From Octopus sinensis (taxonomy: Eukaryota): a DNA stretch of 56,420 nt. Positions 10,173 through 22,006 of this stretch are shown piece after piece (position 1 is the first letter of the stretch; every line of letters starts with the position of its first letter). Location: NCBI RefSeq assembly GCF_006345805.1, contig NW_021834304.1, forward strand, positions 1 to 56,420. The letters run 5' to 3'. The translations under genes and the position numbers were made by a program. The notes beneath the pieces are model-generated. The model was not told the origin of the DNA, did not search any database, and saw nothing but the letters and a program-made list of their open reading frames with translations.

Positions 10173-13100
10173 TAAAACATTATTGGTGAATTGAAGAAAA
10201 GGAGCTGAACGAGATTGAACAGAATCGTTTTATTTCATTTTCTACACGTGGTTCGAAAGGCACAAATTACCAAAATCCGATTGAATAATGGGACCATATT
10301 GTGTCTTTCTCTTCAGGAAGAAAAAAGGAAATCCGTTGGAAAACAAAAACAGAACAGAGGCAGAGCAAAAAAACAAATCGAACTGTGCTCCTAAGAGCCC
10401 ATGGCGAAACTGTTTATCAGTGTATGTTGAGAACCGGTGCTGAAGAATTCAACAGGTCAGGCATCGGTCAACCATGTGGGTGAGGGGTGTATAGATGTTC
10501 TTTGTGACCGATAATAAAGTTCTGACTATTTAAAGAATATGGATGTTTATAAGGGCGAGAAAAAATCTACTTAGAGACGTGTGTGTGTGTATACTGTTCT
10601 ATATATGTGTGTGTTGGCGTAGGGGTGTTAGAAAAACATTTTTTGTGTACGTGTGTGCGTTTGATCGTTCGGCTGTCAGTGGCTACTGCCGTGATAACCG
10701 TGGGTTGCAGAAAGACAAAAAAATAAAAATAAAAAAAATAAAAATAAAGAAATTATATATATATATTATGTTTTATGTGTGTGTGTGTGTTCATCCAAGC
10801 CTGCCTTGACAAGGAAACCCCCCGCTGTGAAAGAAAGAACAGCCCCGTTTGTCTTACAGGAGTAATTTCCTTGCAGTGGTTAATTGTAGATATCTTAAAA
10901 ATCTATTTCAGAATTTGTTACCAAGGGCTATGGGTGCCGGTCTTGTTATAAACGCTATTTAAAGGCCAGATAAGTGTAACGCCGCCAATGGGGGCATCGA
11001 AAAAGCCGACTGTAAGAGACCGTTTACCATCCGGCCTCTGCAAACAAAATATGGAAGAGTTTCGGAGCACAAAGGTTGCACTGTCTTCTGCCCCTATCAA
11101 ATGGGAGGGCCACCGACAAAATTGACCATTCCACCTATAGATAAGTTCGCATCCTTCAGTCGCCATATTAGCTTACTGAGTCCCGTGGTCTGGCGCTTGT
11201 TCCGTCCCGAAAAGTTGCGTAATGGTTGGAGACACGCAAAGACAATCTTGAGGATGATGCCCCTATATAAGTGAAGGCATCTGAGTCCGTGTAAACCTTG
11301 CATTGGTAGACGGGGTTTTGATCTTGGAGTTCGCCGACGTGAATCTTACTCTGCCAGGATTGGGTTCTGGAATTAGAACTGCGTTCCTGTCACTATATCG
11401 TTCCGAGACCTGCAGCCGCTTACTACTCTATTTTCCACTACGTCCACTATTAACTATAGGAATAACCCATGATTCTCCACTATCTATCAGAGTGCTGTCA
11501 TTGCTACTGCCCGTGGTACTGCTATTGCGGGAAATGATGCTGGGGATGCTAAAGGGGCTCTCTACCCTACCTCCCATTGTTACCATCAACCACAACACCC
11601 ATATTTATAACTATACCCCTCGTGGGTACTCCTGGCTGGAGCTGAGATTATGTGCACCTGTACTGGCTCTCATATCATTATTACTACTATAATACTCCTA
11701 CTGAGCATAAACCGGGAGCGGAAGAGGCTGTGCCTCCGGAAAAAGGTGATAGGGTCTAGTAAGTAGCCTATTATTATGGGAGGCGATTATCTGGGCGAGG
11801 TTTTTAGTGTTGGAGAAAGCTATCCTAACTTTATGTGAGTTAACCGTGGAGTAATATTTGGAATTTCTGGGGAAGTTATTGGCGATGGCTTGTCTAAAAT
11901 GAGGGGGAGGTTAGTTCTAATCTGCTTACCAAAGGGGATTACAAAACCATATATGCTTATTCCTATCAGTGTGATGGGTCGGGACGCCAGCTCTCGCATT
12001 TGGGTGGGTGATTCTCGGATGAATAACGGGTCTTGGGTTAGTGTAAGACCTCCGGACCGATAATTATCCTGTCGCTAAATTAAATGCGGAGCGACTACCC
12101 CGGTATCCGCCGCGCTCCCGTCCTTACTTAAATGTTAATGTTATTATATACGGCCCTATCCTGATGACCGAATGATGGCATCGGAAGGGCCGGATCAATA
12201 TTAAGTTACCTTCTGCCTATAACCGGCCTTGGATAGGGGGCGTTATAAAATCCGCTTTCTGCATAAAAATATCGGACTGGCGGACAGGCCAGACAATCTT
12301 AGAGAGTTTTTAACCAAATTGTCTGTTACGGTTTGGCATGATTTGAGAAGACACTGACATACTTCAAATTAGTGGAAGGCTTATGGTAAGGGCAGTATGA
12401 GTCGCTATTAAGGTTAAGTGTAACGTCTAGGGAATTAGCCTTGGTGAGTTCGTTATCAAAAAACTATACTCATGCCCATTCTATTAAAAAACCTAGCTAA
12501 CCTGCTCTTAGTTTTCTGCACTATTCTGTTCGTGGTGTTTTGCAGGTAAAACAGACAATCGTCACGATACAGGCCGCCCGCGATCTCCGGAATTGATCGG
12601 ACAATTCGTAGAGAATATATATTCCGACCCAATCGGCTATCTGCGCACTATCCGAACTACCCATATGGCACATCAAATTCATTGGGAGTATCCTTACGGA
12701 TCCACAGCTTATTATCAAACTTAATAAACGATTTCCTGGCAACTAAAATGATATCTATCTCTTCTCTGGTGAGGCCTGCCTTGTTGTGAGCATGCCAGAG
12801 GGCCTTATTTAGCACACTAGGTTAATCGAGGGGTAGAAGCTGGCGATATCAAACTGAATGAACCTAGTACGGTTCTTATTGGGATGGAAGAGAAACACTT
12901 CACTACCTGCGAGGAGTTGGCCCAGAGGCTGAGCTTCAGTTGTTACTAAACTAGGGATATATTTATCTAAAATGTACTTACTGATTATCCCGATATCAGA
13001 TCTAGCAGGGCATATGAGTCTTAGCGCTGGGTTGGTGTGGAAGTTAGGTTTATGGTCCTTCACTATAAATCTGGGTTGCTTGGGGCTAGCGGCTGAGTTC

Positions 13101-13535
13101 TCATTTGAATTCGGTGTTTAAATATTATATCCTTATTTCCAAGTTTACCTTCCTCAGGGGTACTCCAATTGGTTTTTCTATAATTTTTCTTGATCTCTTA
13201 CCGAGTAAATCTAGGTACTGCTTAATGGGCATCTTGTATGTTCCTGGTCTTGTCGGACTGGACCAGGACTCCGTCCGTTCTATTAATGTCCTTGGTAATT
13301 TTATCTAGGTATCTGAGGTGGATTTCTCCTGGGGTGACTTCCTGAACTTAATCTTTCTAACTATGTCCCCACAAGTCGTCCTCAAACTTCTTCAGTCTTG
13401 GGTTCGGTGGCGGCGTATCCAATGTTTAAAAAGCCGGCCGTATTCGGACGATGCAGTTGTCCGGTTCGATTTAGATCTTCGTTCTCGTGGAAGAAAATGA
13501 GCCATCTATCCGGTTTATGAATGCGTGGTTTTACA
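10173..13535 (-). mobile_element. Penelope-like retroelement PLE2, nearly complete (RT, GIY-YIG, long 3' UTR), many frameshifts
   Basis: Minus strand: DKTRNI; KDHKPNF..RLICPARSDIG; FIQFDIASFYPSI; PMGSSDSAQIAD; GGLYRDDCL (12558-12569); VYQCKVYTDSDAFTYIGASSSRLSLRVSNHYATFR (GIY-YIG, ~11200-11312). Confidence 0.92.
10233..10323 (-). ncRNA. Hammerhead ribozyme in PLE2 3' UTR (left arm), extended stem II
   Basis: Minus strand TTTCTTC-CTGAAGA-GAAAG..CTTTC-GAAC-CACGTGT-A-GAA. A15 reads C in this copy. Confidence 0.65.
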
Positions 13536-14862
13536 AGCAATGACAGCACTCTGATAGATAGTGGAGAATCAGGGTTATTCCTATAGTTAAAGTAGTGACG
13601 TAGTGGAAAAATAGAGTAGTAAGCGGCTGCAGGTCTCGGAACGAATATAGTGACAGGACGCAGTTCCTAATTTCAGAAACCAATCCTGGCAGAGTAGATT
13701 CACGTCGGCGAACTCCAAGATCAAAAACGCCGTCTACCAATGCAAGGTTTACACGGACTCAGATGCCTTCACTTATATAGGGCATTCATCCTCACAGATT
13801 GTCTTTGCGTGTCTCCAACCATTACGCAACTTTTCGGGACGTGAACAAGCGCCAGACACGGGACTCAGTAAGCTAATATGGCGACTGAAGGATGCGAAAC
13901 TTAAGCTATAGGCTGGAATGGTCAATTTTGTGGTGGCCCTCCCATTTGATAGGGGCAGAAGACAGTGCAACCTTGTGTCTCCGAACTCTTCCATTTGTTT
14001 TGCCAGAGGCCGGATGGTAAACGGGCTCTTACAGTCGGCTTTTCGATGCCCCCATTGGCGGCGTTACACTTATCTGGCCTTTAAATAGCGGTTATATAAA
14101 AAAAGACCGGCACCCATAGCCCTTGGTTGGTAACAAATTCTGAAATAGATTTTAAGATATCTACAATTAACCACTGCAAGGGAAATTACTCCTGTAAGAC
14201 AAACGGGGCTGGTTCTTTCACAGCGGGGGGTTTCCTTGTCAAGGCAGGCTTGGATGAACACACACACCCACACACAGAAAACATAATCATATATATATTT
14301 CTTTATTTTTATTTTTTTTTTTTTTTTCTGCCACCCAACGGTTATCACGGCAGTAGCCACTGCACCGCCGAACGATCAAACGCACACACACACGTACACA
14401 AAATGTTTCTACCCCTACGCCAACACACACATATATAGAACAGTATACACACACACACTCTCTAAGTAGATTTTTTCTCGCCCCTTATAAACATCCATAT
14501 TCTTTAAATAGTCAGAACTTTATTATCGGTCACAAAGAACATCTATACACCCTCACCCACATGGTTGACCGATGCCTGACCTGTTGAATTCTTCAGCACC
14601 GGTTCTCAACATACACTGATAAACAGTTTCGCCATGGGCTCTTAGGAGAACACCAGTTCGATTTGTTTTTTGCTCTGCCTCTGTTCTGTTTTTGTTTTCC
14701 AACGGATTTCCTTTTTTCTTCCTGAAGAGAAAGACACAATATGGTCCCATTATTCAATCGGATTTTGGTAATTTGTGCCTTTCGAAACCGTGTAGAATGA
14801 AATAAAACGATTTCTGTTCAATCTGCGTTCAGCTCCATTCTTCAATTCACCAATAATGTTTT
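13536..14862 (+). mobile_element. Inverted 5'-truncated copy of the PLE2 3' part (GIY-YIG plus 3' UTR), inverted pseudo-LTR
   Basis: Near-identical reverse complement of 10173-11505; the ORF track shows the same peptides on opposite strands (10301-10483 + vs 14553-14750 -; 11303-11692 + vs 13531-13740 -). Confidence 0.92.
14715..14802 (+). ncRNA. Hammerhead ribozyme in PLE2 3' UTR (right arm), extended stem II
   Basis: TTTCTTC-CTGAAGA (14722-14728)-GAAAG-ACACAA..TTGTGC-CTTTC-GAAA (14784-14787)-CCGTGT-A-GAATGAAA; predicted GUA cleavage after 14794. Confidence 0.72.
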
Positions 14863-14893
<31 letters not shown>

Positions 14894-14902
14894 GTATATG
14901 TG

Positions 14903-14952
<50 letters not shown>

Positions 14953-14954
<2 letters not shown>

Positions 14955-16126
14955 ACGGAAGAACTACAGAACGATGGACCATATATTTACTCTAACGCAA
15001 CTGCTTGAGCGACCAAATTAGTACAAGCTGATTATTTGCGTTGCGTTTGTAGACTATGAGAAGGCCTTCAATAGCGTCGAAACCAACGCAGTGCTGAACT
15101 CGGTGCAGAGGCAAGGAGTCGAAGCGCAATATGTGCAGCTGCTCAGGGAAGCAAATTCCGGATGCACCACCGACATAGCTCTACTGCCATCACCCATACG
15201 AATGCCGGTCGAGAAGGGAGTGAAGCAAGGAGATACAATCTCCCCAAAACTTTTCACCGCATGTCTCGAACAGATCATCAGAGTCATCGACTGGTAAGGC
15301 GGTGTCAACATCAACGGCGAGCTCCTCACCCACCTCCGTTTCGCTGACGACATCGTACTCATCGATGAAAACACGGATCAGGTTCAGACCGTGCTGACGG
15401 AGCTCGACATCAAAAGCTCTGCAGTAGGTCTCAAGATGAACCGCATGAAAACAAAGTTCATGCGGTCACACAACGTACCAACAGGTGGAATGGTGATCGG
15501 CAGCGATGAAATAGAGGAGGTAAGGGAATATGTATACCTGGAACAGGAAGTGAATATGTGCCGAGATATCGAAAAGGAGATCTCACGGAGAGTAAGGGTC
15601 GGATGGAAGGCGTTTAATGGCATAAGGGATGTGCTCAAGGGAAGGTTGGACAGGACCACCTGCGCCAGCCTCATTAACAGTACAGTTCTACCTGCAATGT
15701 TATATGGTAGTGAAACATGGGCTACCACAAAGAGAGAAGAGTAGAGACTGGTAACGGCTCAAAGAGCCATGGAAAGGTCAATGCTTGGTATCTCGTTGAG
15801 AGAGCACATCAGTAGCGAGATCATCAGAAAGAAGTACGGCGTGAGCGATATCATCGCAGAGTATACACGCAGCAAGAATAGATGAGCTGGACACGTTGCC
15901 CGGCTCACCGATAATCGGTGGACCCACACATTTGTCGAGTGATACCCGCGCGAGCGGAAAAGACCAACAGGAAGACCTCCATGACGGTGGAGTTACGATT
16001 TCACGAGGACGATTGGGATCACGTGGATGAGAAAGGCGCGATCCAGAGAGGAGTGGACAGCGTGCTGTGACCAGCGGTGTCAAATGGACGCCTGACGGAC
16101 TGGTCAGTCAAGGTGATCAAGGTGAT
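14953..16126 (+). mobile_element. RTE-clade LINE, 5'-truncated (RT domain to 3' end)
   Basis: AFVDYEKAFNSV; KGVKQGDTISPKLF; HLRFADDIVL; LPAMLYGSETW; AGHVAR; RKRPTGRP. A few in-frame stops; ends with a short tandem tail CAAGGTGAT x2. Confidence 0.95.
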
Positions 16127-16255
16127 ATATGTGTGTGTATATGTTATATATATATATATATATATATATAGGGAGAGAGAGAGATACATAATACATACAT
16201 ACATACATACATACATGCATACATACATACATACATACATACATACATACATACA

Positions 16256-16286
<31 letters not shown>

Positions 16287-16683
16287 GTATAGGACTTAGA
16301 CACCTGTTGACAGGCCGCTGGTATTGATAGAGTGTCAAACGTTTTAACTATTTAAATTAGGGACTCCTTCATAGAGTAACTGCTGCATTTGTTGAGTATA
16401 TAAACAGTTTAGCTGCTTGTTTGTTTGGAGACTGTTAGAATGGTATGGACGACTCTGATGAGAAACCAATAATGTACGAAAATCGACTAAAGTTGTTCAT
16501 CATGTTTATTTTTCAGTTTGCAGAGAAATGGCTAAAATTTGCCCTGTTTATCTATAAAATATATATATCTCGAGTGATGGAAAGGAAAAGGAATAGCGCC
16601 GAAACATAGTAATTTCTAATGCAAACATTCGTATTGAATATGTTATATATATATATATTATATATATATATATATATTATATA

Positions 16684-16716
<33 letters not shown>

Positions 16717-16758
16717 AATATATATATATAAATATATATATATACATATATATATGTT

Positions 16759-17130
16759 ATCTCTTTACTTATTTCGGATTTTGGACTGCAGCCATGCTGG
16801 AGCATAGCTTTGAAGAACTTTTAGCCGAATGTATTGAATCCAGTATTGATATTTTCAAGAGCCTAATAAATATTCTATCGGTTTTTGTTTTTACCGAACC
16901 GCTCTTTTACACACCACCACCGATTGTCAAAGTGTAATGGGGGAACCAATACAGACACAAAGCTACCCACACATACACGCGCATACACACACACACACAC
17001 TCACACACACATATACGATACGATGGGCTTCTTACAGTTACCGTCTGCCAGATCCACGCACAAGTCTTCGTTCGGCTCAAGGCACTAGGCAGTGGAACTG
17101 AACACGGAAATATGTGGTCGAGAAGGAAGT
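16759..17130 (-). mobile_element. SINE family A, diverged copy
   Basis: Reverse-complement similarity to 8170-8577 (GACTGCAGCCATGCTGGAGCA; GGGCTTCTTACAGTTACCGTC). Confidence 0.65.
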
Positions 17131-17163
17131 TTCAATATATATTATACATTTACATATATATGC

Positions 17164-17212
<49 letters not shown>

Positions 17213-18088
17213 ACACACACACACACACACATAGTAAATTCAAATAAACGAATGGAAACGGACAACATGAGAAATGTATTAGCTCGAAGGTCGGTGAAAG
17301 AAGAGAGTTTGACGTTTCGTGCATAGCTCTTCGTCGGAAGTCCATAGAAGTAAAAGAAATCACCAACCGCACACGTGTAATAACATTGCTGAAGTGACCG
17401 GAAGTAGAAGGAGATAAAGAATGTGGTTTGAGGGGACAAGAGAGTGTGAAGATGGTCAGTATATTTCAGTGTGTGAGTGTGTGTGTGTTTTTGTGTGATT
17501 GGTATGTGTGTGTGCAGTGGTATCTCTGTGGTGCTTGTGTTTGTGTATGTGTGAGTAGCATGTGTGTGTCTGCGTGGTAGTATCAGTGTGCATGTGTGAG
17601 TAGTATGTGGGTATGTGTGTGTGGTAATATCCGTGTGCGCATGTATTTGTGTTTGTGAGCAGGTCAGTGGCGACAGTCGAAAGAGGTGGAAAGTGTGTTA
17701 GTGATATATACTCTTTTACTTGCTTCCGTAATTTGACTGCGGCCATGCTTCAGCACCACCTTTTAGTCGAGCAAATCGACTCAAGGACTTATTCTTTGTA
17801 AGCCTAGTACTCATTCTATCAGACTCTTTTGCCGAACCGCTAAGTTATGTTGACTTTAACACACCGGCATCAGTTGCCAAGCGATGTTGGGGGGACAAAC
17901 ACAGACGCACAAACATATACACATACATACATACATACATATATATATATATACGACGGGCTTCTTTCAGTTTCCGTCTACCAAATCCACTCACAAGGCT
18001 TTGGTCGGCGCGAGGCTATAGTAGAAGACAGTTGCCCAAGGTGCCACGCAGTGGAACTGAACCCAGAACCATGTGGTTGGTAAGTAAG

Positions 18089-19926
18089 GGCCACCCGGCC
18101 ATATGCGACACTCCTCCCCAAATCCTTTAAGCGTTTCCCACAAGGGAAACCTTATGACCTCCATAGCTATCTGTGAAGGCCATTCGGGATCCCGCGTGAA
18201 GGGCATATCTACTGTTTCTTTAAGTTTTTCTACTATTTTTCCACCTCTCCGCCCTTGTAGAAAAAGATAATTAATTGATCATCTTTAAGGATGGGGGTGG
18301 TTTCTTCCACCGTGGGTGGCACAACTTCGGGACATGCAGTCGGCACATCATCTCCCTGCTGAGATGACCCGTTCTTCTTTTTTTTCTTTTCTTCCTGGCT
18401 TCGGGAGAGTAGAGCCCTTCCGCTTTGTCCGGAGACTCTCTCCCGCCTCCCGAAGCCTTAGGTTCCTTCGGCGGGGAAATATTGTTGCCCGCCTTCTTCC
18501 TTTTTAATCCTTTTTAACTTGAAGAGGCTGAAGCCTCCTCGACCACGTCCACCTCTCCCTTTGACCGGGTAGGGGAGGTGGCATCTGGTGACTGTTCCAG
18601 GACCTTACCATGGTCCTGGGGGCAGTTCCTTTTAATGTGGCTTGGCTGCAGGCACGAGTGACACTTTGGGGGACGTCCCTCACGTATCACCGGATACCTG
18701 CAGACAGCCATTTTCAAGAAATCTGGAAAAACCAGTTCTTTTGCGGCCGATGGGGTCCACAGGGTCAAAATCGCTTTTGACCCTTCCCAATCGACCGCCG
18801 GCAATACTCTTACATTTAAGAGCCTGGGCCCACCATCTCCCAGGCTCCGTCGGATGGTATCTTCAATCCAATCCGCTTCGGTGCCCGGGGGGAGCCCACA
18901 TATCCAGGCTCGTATTAATTTTCTTCCACAATATGACGGGAGAAACAGGATTTCCTTGCCTTCTAAAGGCTGACTCGCAAACTGGCGAGCCTTTTCCCCG
19001 TTGTCAAACAGCAACCATACGGTTGCATGTTTGACACCACGGGATATATATTTTACAGAGTACGAATGTTCTTTAAGTTTATTTTTTATGACCTGTTTTG
19101 GGAAGACGGTGATGGAATTAAGAACTTTAGAATATGTTCTAAGTACCATCGCCTTCTCTTCCATATCTTTTAACCATTGCTTAGGTGGGTTAATTTCCCA
19201 CTCTAAGACAGAGTTTTTCTTTTTAAGTTCCTTCTCTGCCATGTCAAAAACAGTTCAAAAATAGTTCAAAAGACAGTCTGCCAAAACATTACACCGAATA
19301 AAAATAAAACAATATAAAGGGGTGGAAGGAAACTGAAATTAAAGTAATGAAAAGAATGAACCAAAAATTTTTAGAAAGAAAGAAATAATAGAAGAAGGGA
19401 AAAGTAAAAGAAAAATCTCACAAATAGCACAGACAGGGAATCCTTTGTATAATACTCCAAAAAGGTAATCCAAATGGTTTATTCTTATTTGTTTTTTTTG
19501 GCCAGATACGCCCACTAGAATTCACAAGAAGAATTTTCAAAAAAATTCTCAATTCACCGTTACGGCCAAAATTTAACACAACTGTAAGACAGTTAAAAAA
19601 TCATTCTAAATTTCTTCTAGGTACTCCTTAACAGGAACCACACTATTTTCAAACAAAAGTTTGACAGGATACGCCTACCAAACCAATAATTTTCACAATT
19701 AAGTGAATAATATTTTCACTCAGCTTCCGGCAGACTAGAGCCTAGTGAGGACTTGTTGCTTGTAAAAATAATTTGCAACATACAACAGGTCCCCACTAGA
19801 CCCCCAAAATTCTTACCTTACGGCTGAGTATTCAAAAGTCTTCAATTAAAGACGGCTTTCAAAAACACGTCTTACATCTTCGGTGTCAAGTACAACACTG
19901 ATTTGCACATGCGCAGAAGCAACCTA
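18089..19926 (-). mobile_element. L1/Tx1-like retroelement fragment: 5' UTR plus ORF1 only
   Basis: ~680 bp leader, then a gag-like ORF; no ORF2 or poly(A); flanked by a TAAGTAAG/TAAGCAAG duplication. Confidence 0.7.
18514..19242 (-). CDS. ORF1p-like nucleic-acid-binding protein with CCHC zinc knuckle
   Basis: 242 aa ORF containing GRPPKCHSCLQPSHIKRNCP (CX2CX4HX4C), typical of L1/Tx1 ORF1. Protein-like sequence appears to continue past the TAA, via two A-run frameshifts, to the 18089 junction. Confidence 0.75.
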   Translation of the reverse strand: MAEKELKKKNSVLEWEINPPKQWLKDMEEKAMVLRTYSKVLNSITVFPKQVIKNKLKEHSYSVKYISRGVKHATVWLLFDNGEKARQFASQPLEGKEILFLPSYCGRKLIRAWICGLPPGTEADWIEDTIRRSLGDGGPRLLNVRVLPAVDWEGSKAILTLWTPSAAKELVFPDFLKMAVCRYPVIREGRPPKCHSCLQPSHIKRNCPQDHGKVLEQSPDATSPTRSKGEVDVVEEASASSS

Positions 19927-20343
19927 TAAGCAAGCTACTTACCACACAGCCGCTCCTGCGCCTATGTATTTATATAAGAATATATGCCTGTATATACTTA
20001 TGTTTATGTTTATATAGTACAGAAACAGCTGTAAACAAACGAACGTGTTGACGTTACCCCAGTTCTTGCGTCCTTCATTAACCAGTTTAGCCTCTGTACT
20101 CTTTTGACGATTTACTGTAAAGCATACGCATATGAAAGTTCTAACAACTAATTACTAGTAATGCTATGCCTAAGCAAAAACATAATATATCATCTTTCTA
20201 TCTACTTATCTATCAATGCATCTATCGATTCATAAATATATATACATATGCAGGAATGTAAGTATGTACGTACGAAGGTATGTATGTATGTATGTATGTA
20301 GTATGTAGTATGTATGTATGTATGTATGTATATACATGTAAGT

Positions 20344-20388
<45 letters not shown>

Positions 20389-20516
20389 CTAACACAATAT
20401 ATAAATTCAGCATTATTTGAAATATATGTATAATGCATATGTATAGTGTTGCATATATTTATGTGTGTAATATAATATATATATATGTATATGTATGTAT
20501 GTATGTATGTATTTAC

Positions 20517-20564
<48 letters not shown>

Positions 20565-21314
20565 ATATATCTATATACATATATATATATATATATATAT
20601 ACGTATATATATACATGTACATATATATATATATATACATGTAAGTATATATATATAGATATATATTAGATATATATTTATATAATATATATATACTACA
20701 TATACATGTATAAAATATATTATATATTATAATATTTTTTCTATAATATATATATGTATGTATGTGCATTTGTAAGTGTAGGTGTATGTCTATATGAACA
20801 CCTATACATGTTCGGATGTAGACAGCTTCAGAAGTAAGAAACTTCAAACAGCGAATGATATTCGTTAAACAATGATATTCGTTAAACAAAAGCGAGGAAT
20901 TGGGGAAAAGTACTTGAAAGTTAAGGTATTAATAATAATATAAGTAAATTGAAACGGAATGGAAATATATAGAATTTGTAATTAACTTTAGTGTTAGAAG
21001 TTTTTCATATCAGTGGGTTGTTGAGCTTCATACTGTAATATCAGATAGTACATAATATCACTGAATGTTGAATTGTAGAGAAACTGATGTGACGAATGAC
21101 TATAAAACAATGTAATGCGTGAATGGAAAGGAAATGTGATGTAGAGAAAAAGATTTGATTGAAAGTTGTGCATAAATGCGTCGTGCGTACGTATGTGTTT
21201 TTGGTGAAATTCAGTTTTTTCTCTTTTGTTATAAAATTTGTGACAATTTCGTTTTTTGCGAATTGCAACATTCCTGTGTTCAGCTGGTGTGTTTGCATTT
21301 GGTTTCACATATGT

Positions 21315-21851
21315 TCATCTTTTACGTTCTTCAGTCGTTTGAGTGCGGCTATGTTGGGGCACCAGCTTGAAGAAATTTTCATCGAACGAATCGACCGCAG
21401 TCCGTTCTTTTTTTCTTTTTTGTGTGTTGTACTTATTCTATCGGACTCTTGGGCCGAACCGCTAATTTATGGGGACGGAAACATAGCAACACCGGCTGAC
21501 AAAAGGTGGGAGAGCAAAAACAGATTCAAAGATACGCACAGTGACACATTCATACGCATATATATATGTTTGTGTAAGTATGTATGTATGAGTGTGTTAA
21601 TGCTTATATATACACACACACATATATATGTGTGTGTGTGTATGAATGTGTTTATGCATATATATATTCACACACATATATATATGTGTGTGTGTGTATA
21701 CGACCGGCTTCTTTTATTTTTTTTCCACCAAATCCACTCACAAGGCTTTGGTCGGCCCAAGGCTATAGTAGAAGACACTTGCTCAAGGTGCTGAACTCAG
21801 AACCATGTGATTGAAAATCAAGCCTCTTACCACACAGCTACGCCTACGCCT
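21315..21851 (-). mobile_element. SINE family A
   Basis: CAAATCCACTCACAAGGCTTTGGTCGGCCCAAGGCTATAGTAGAAGACACTTG and tail motifs, reverse orientation. Confidence 0.8.
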
Positions 21852-22006
21852 GCATATTCTTTTATACTATTATACTTTTAAGTCCGAAGCCTGCGACCAT
21901 GATGGTATACTGTCTATTTATTGTTGCTGTGTATTTGGAATGGAGCTACGGCGAGTCAAAGTGAAAGACGAAAGAAGAATATTTGCGAGAAAAAACGAAT
22001 AGTTAC

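Larger units (their letters stand above)
17710..19963 (-). mobile_element. SINE family A split by an insertion (pieces 17710-18088 and 19927-19963)
   Basis: Body ends ..GGTTGGTAAGTAAG (18088) and resumes TAAGCAAGCTACTTACCACACAGCC (19927). Intact copies such as 30171-30557 read GGTTGGTAAGCAAGCTACTT on their minus strand. Confidence 0.85.

Noticed and set aside
12151-12192. CTGATGA within a hairpin (CGGCCC..CCGA/TCGG..GGGCCG), hammerhead-like
   Set aside because: No GAAA, stem III or NUH site; it is antisense to the PLE2 coding region.
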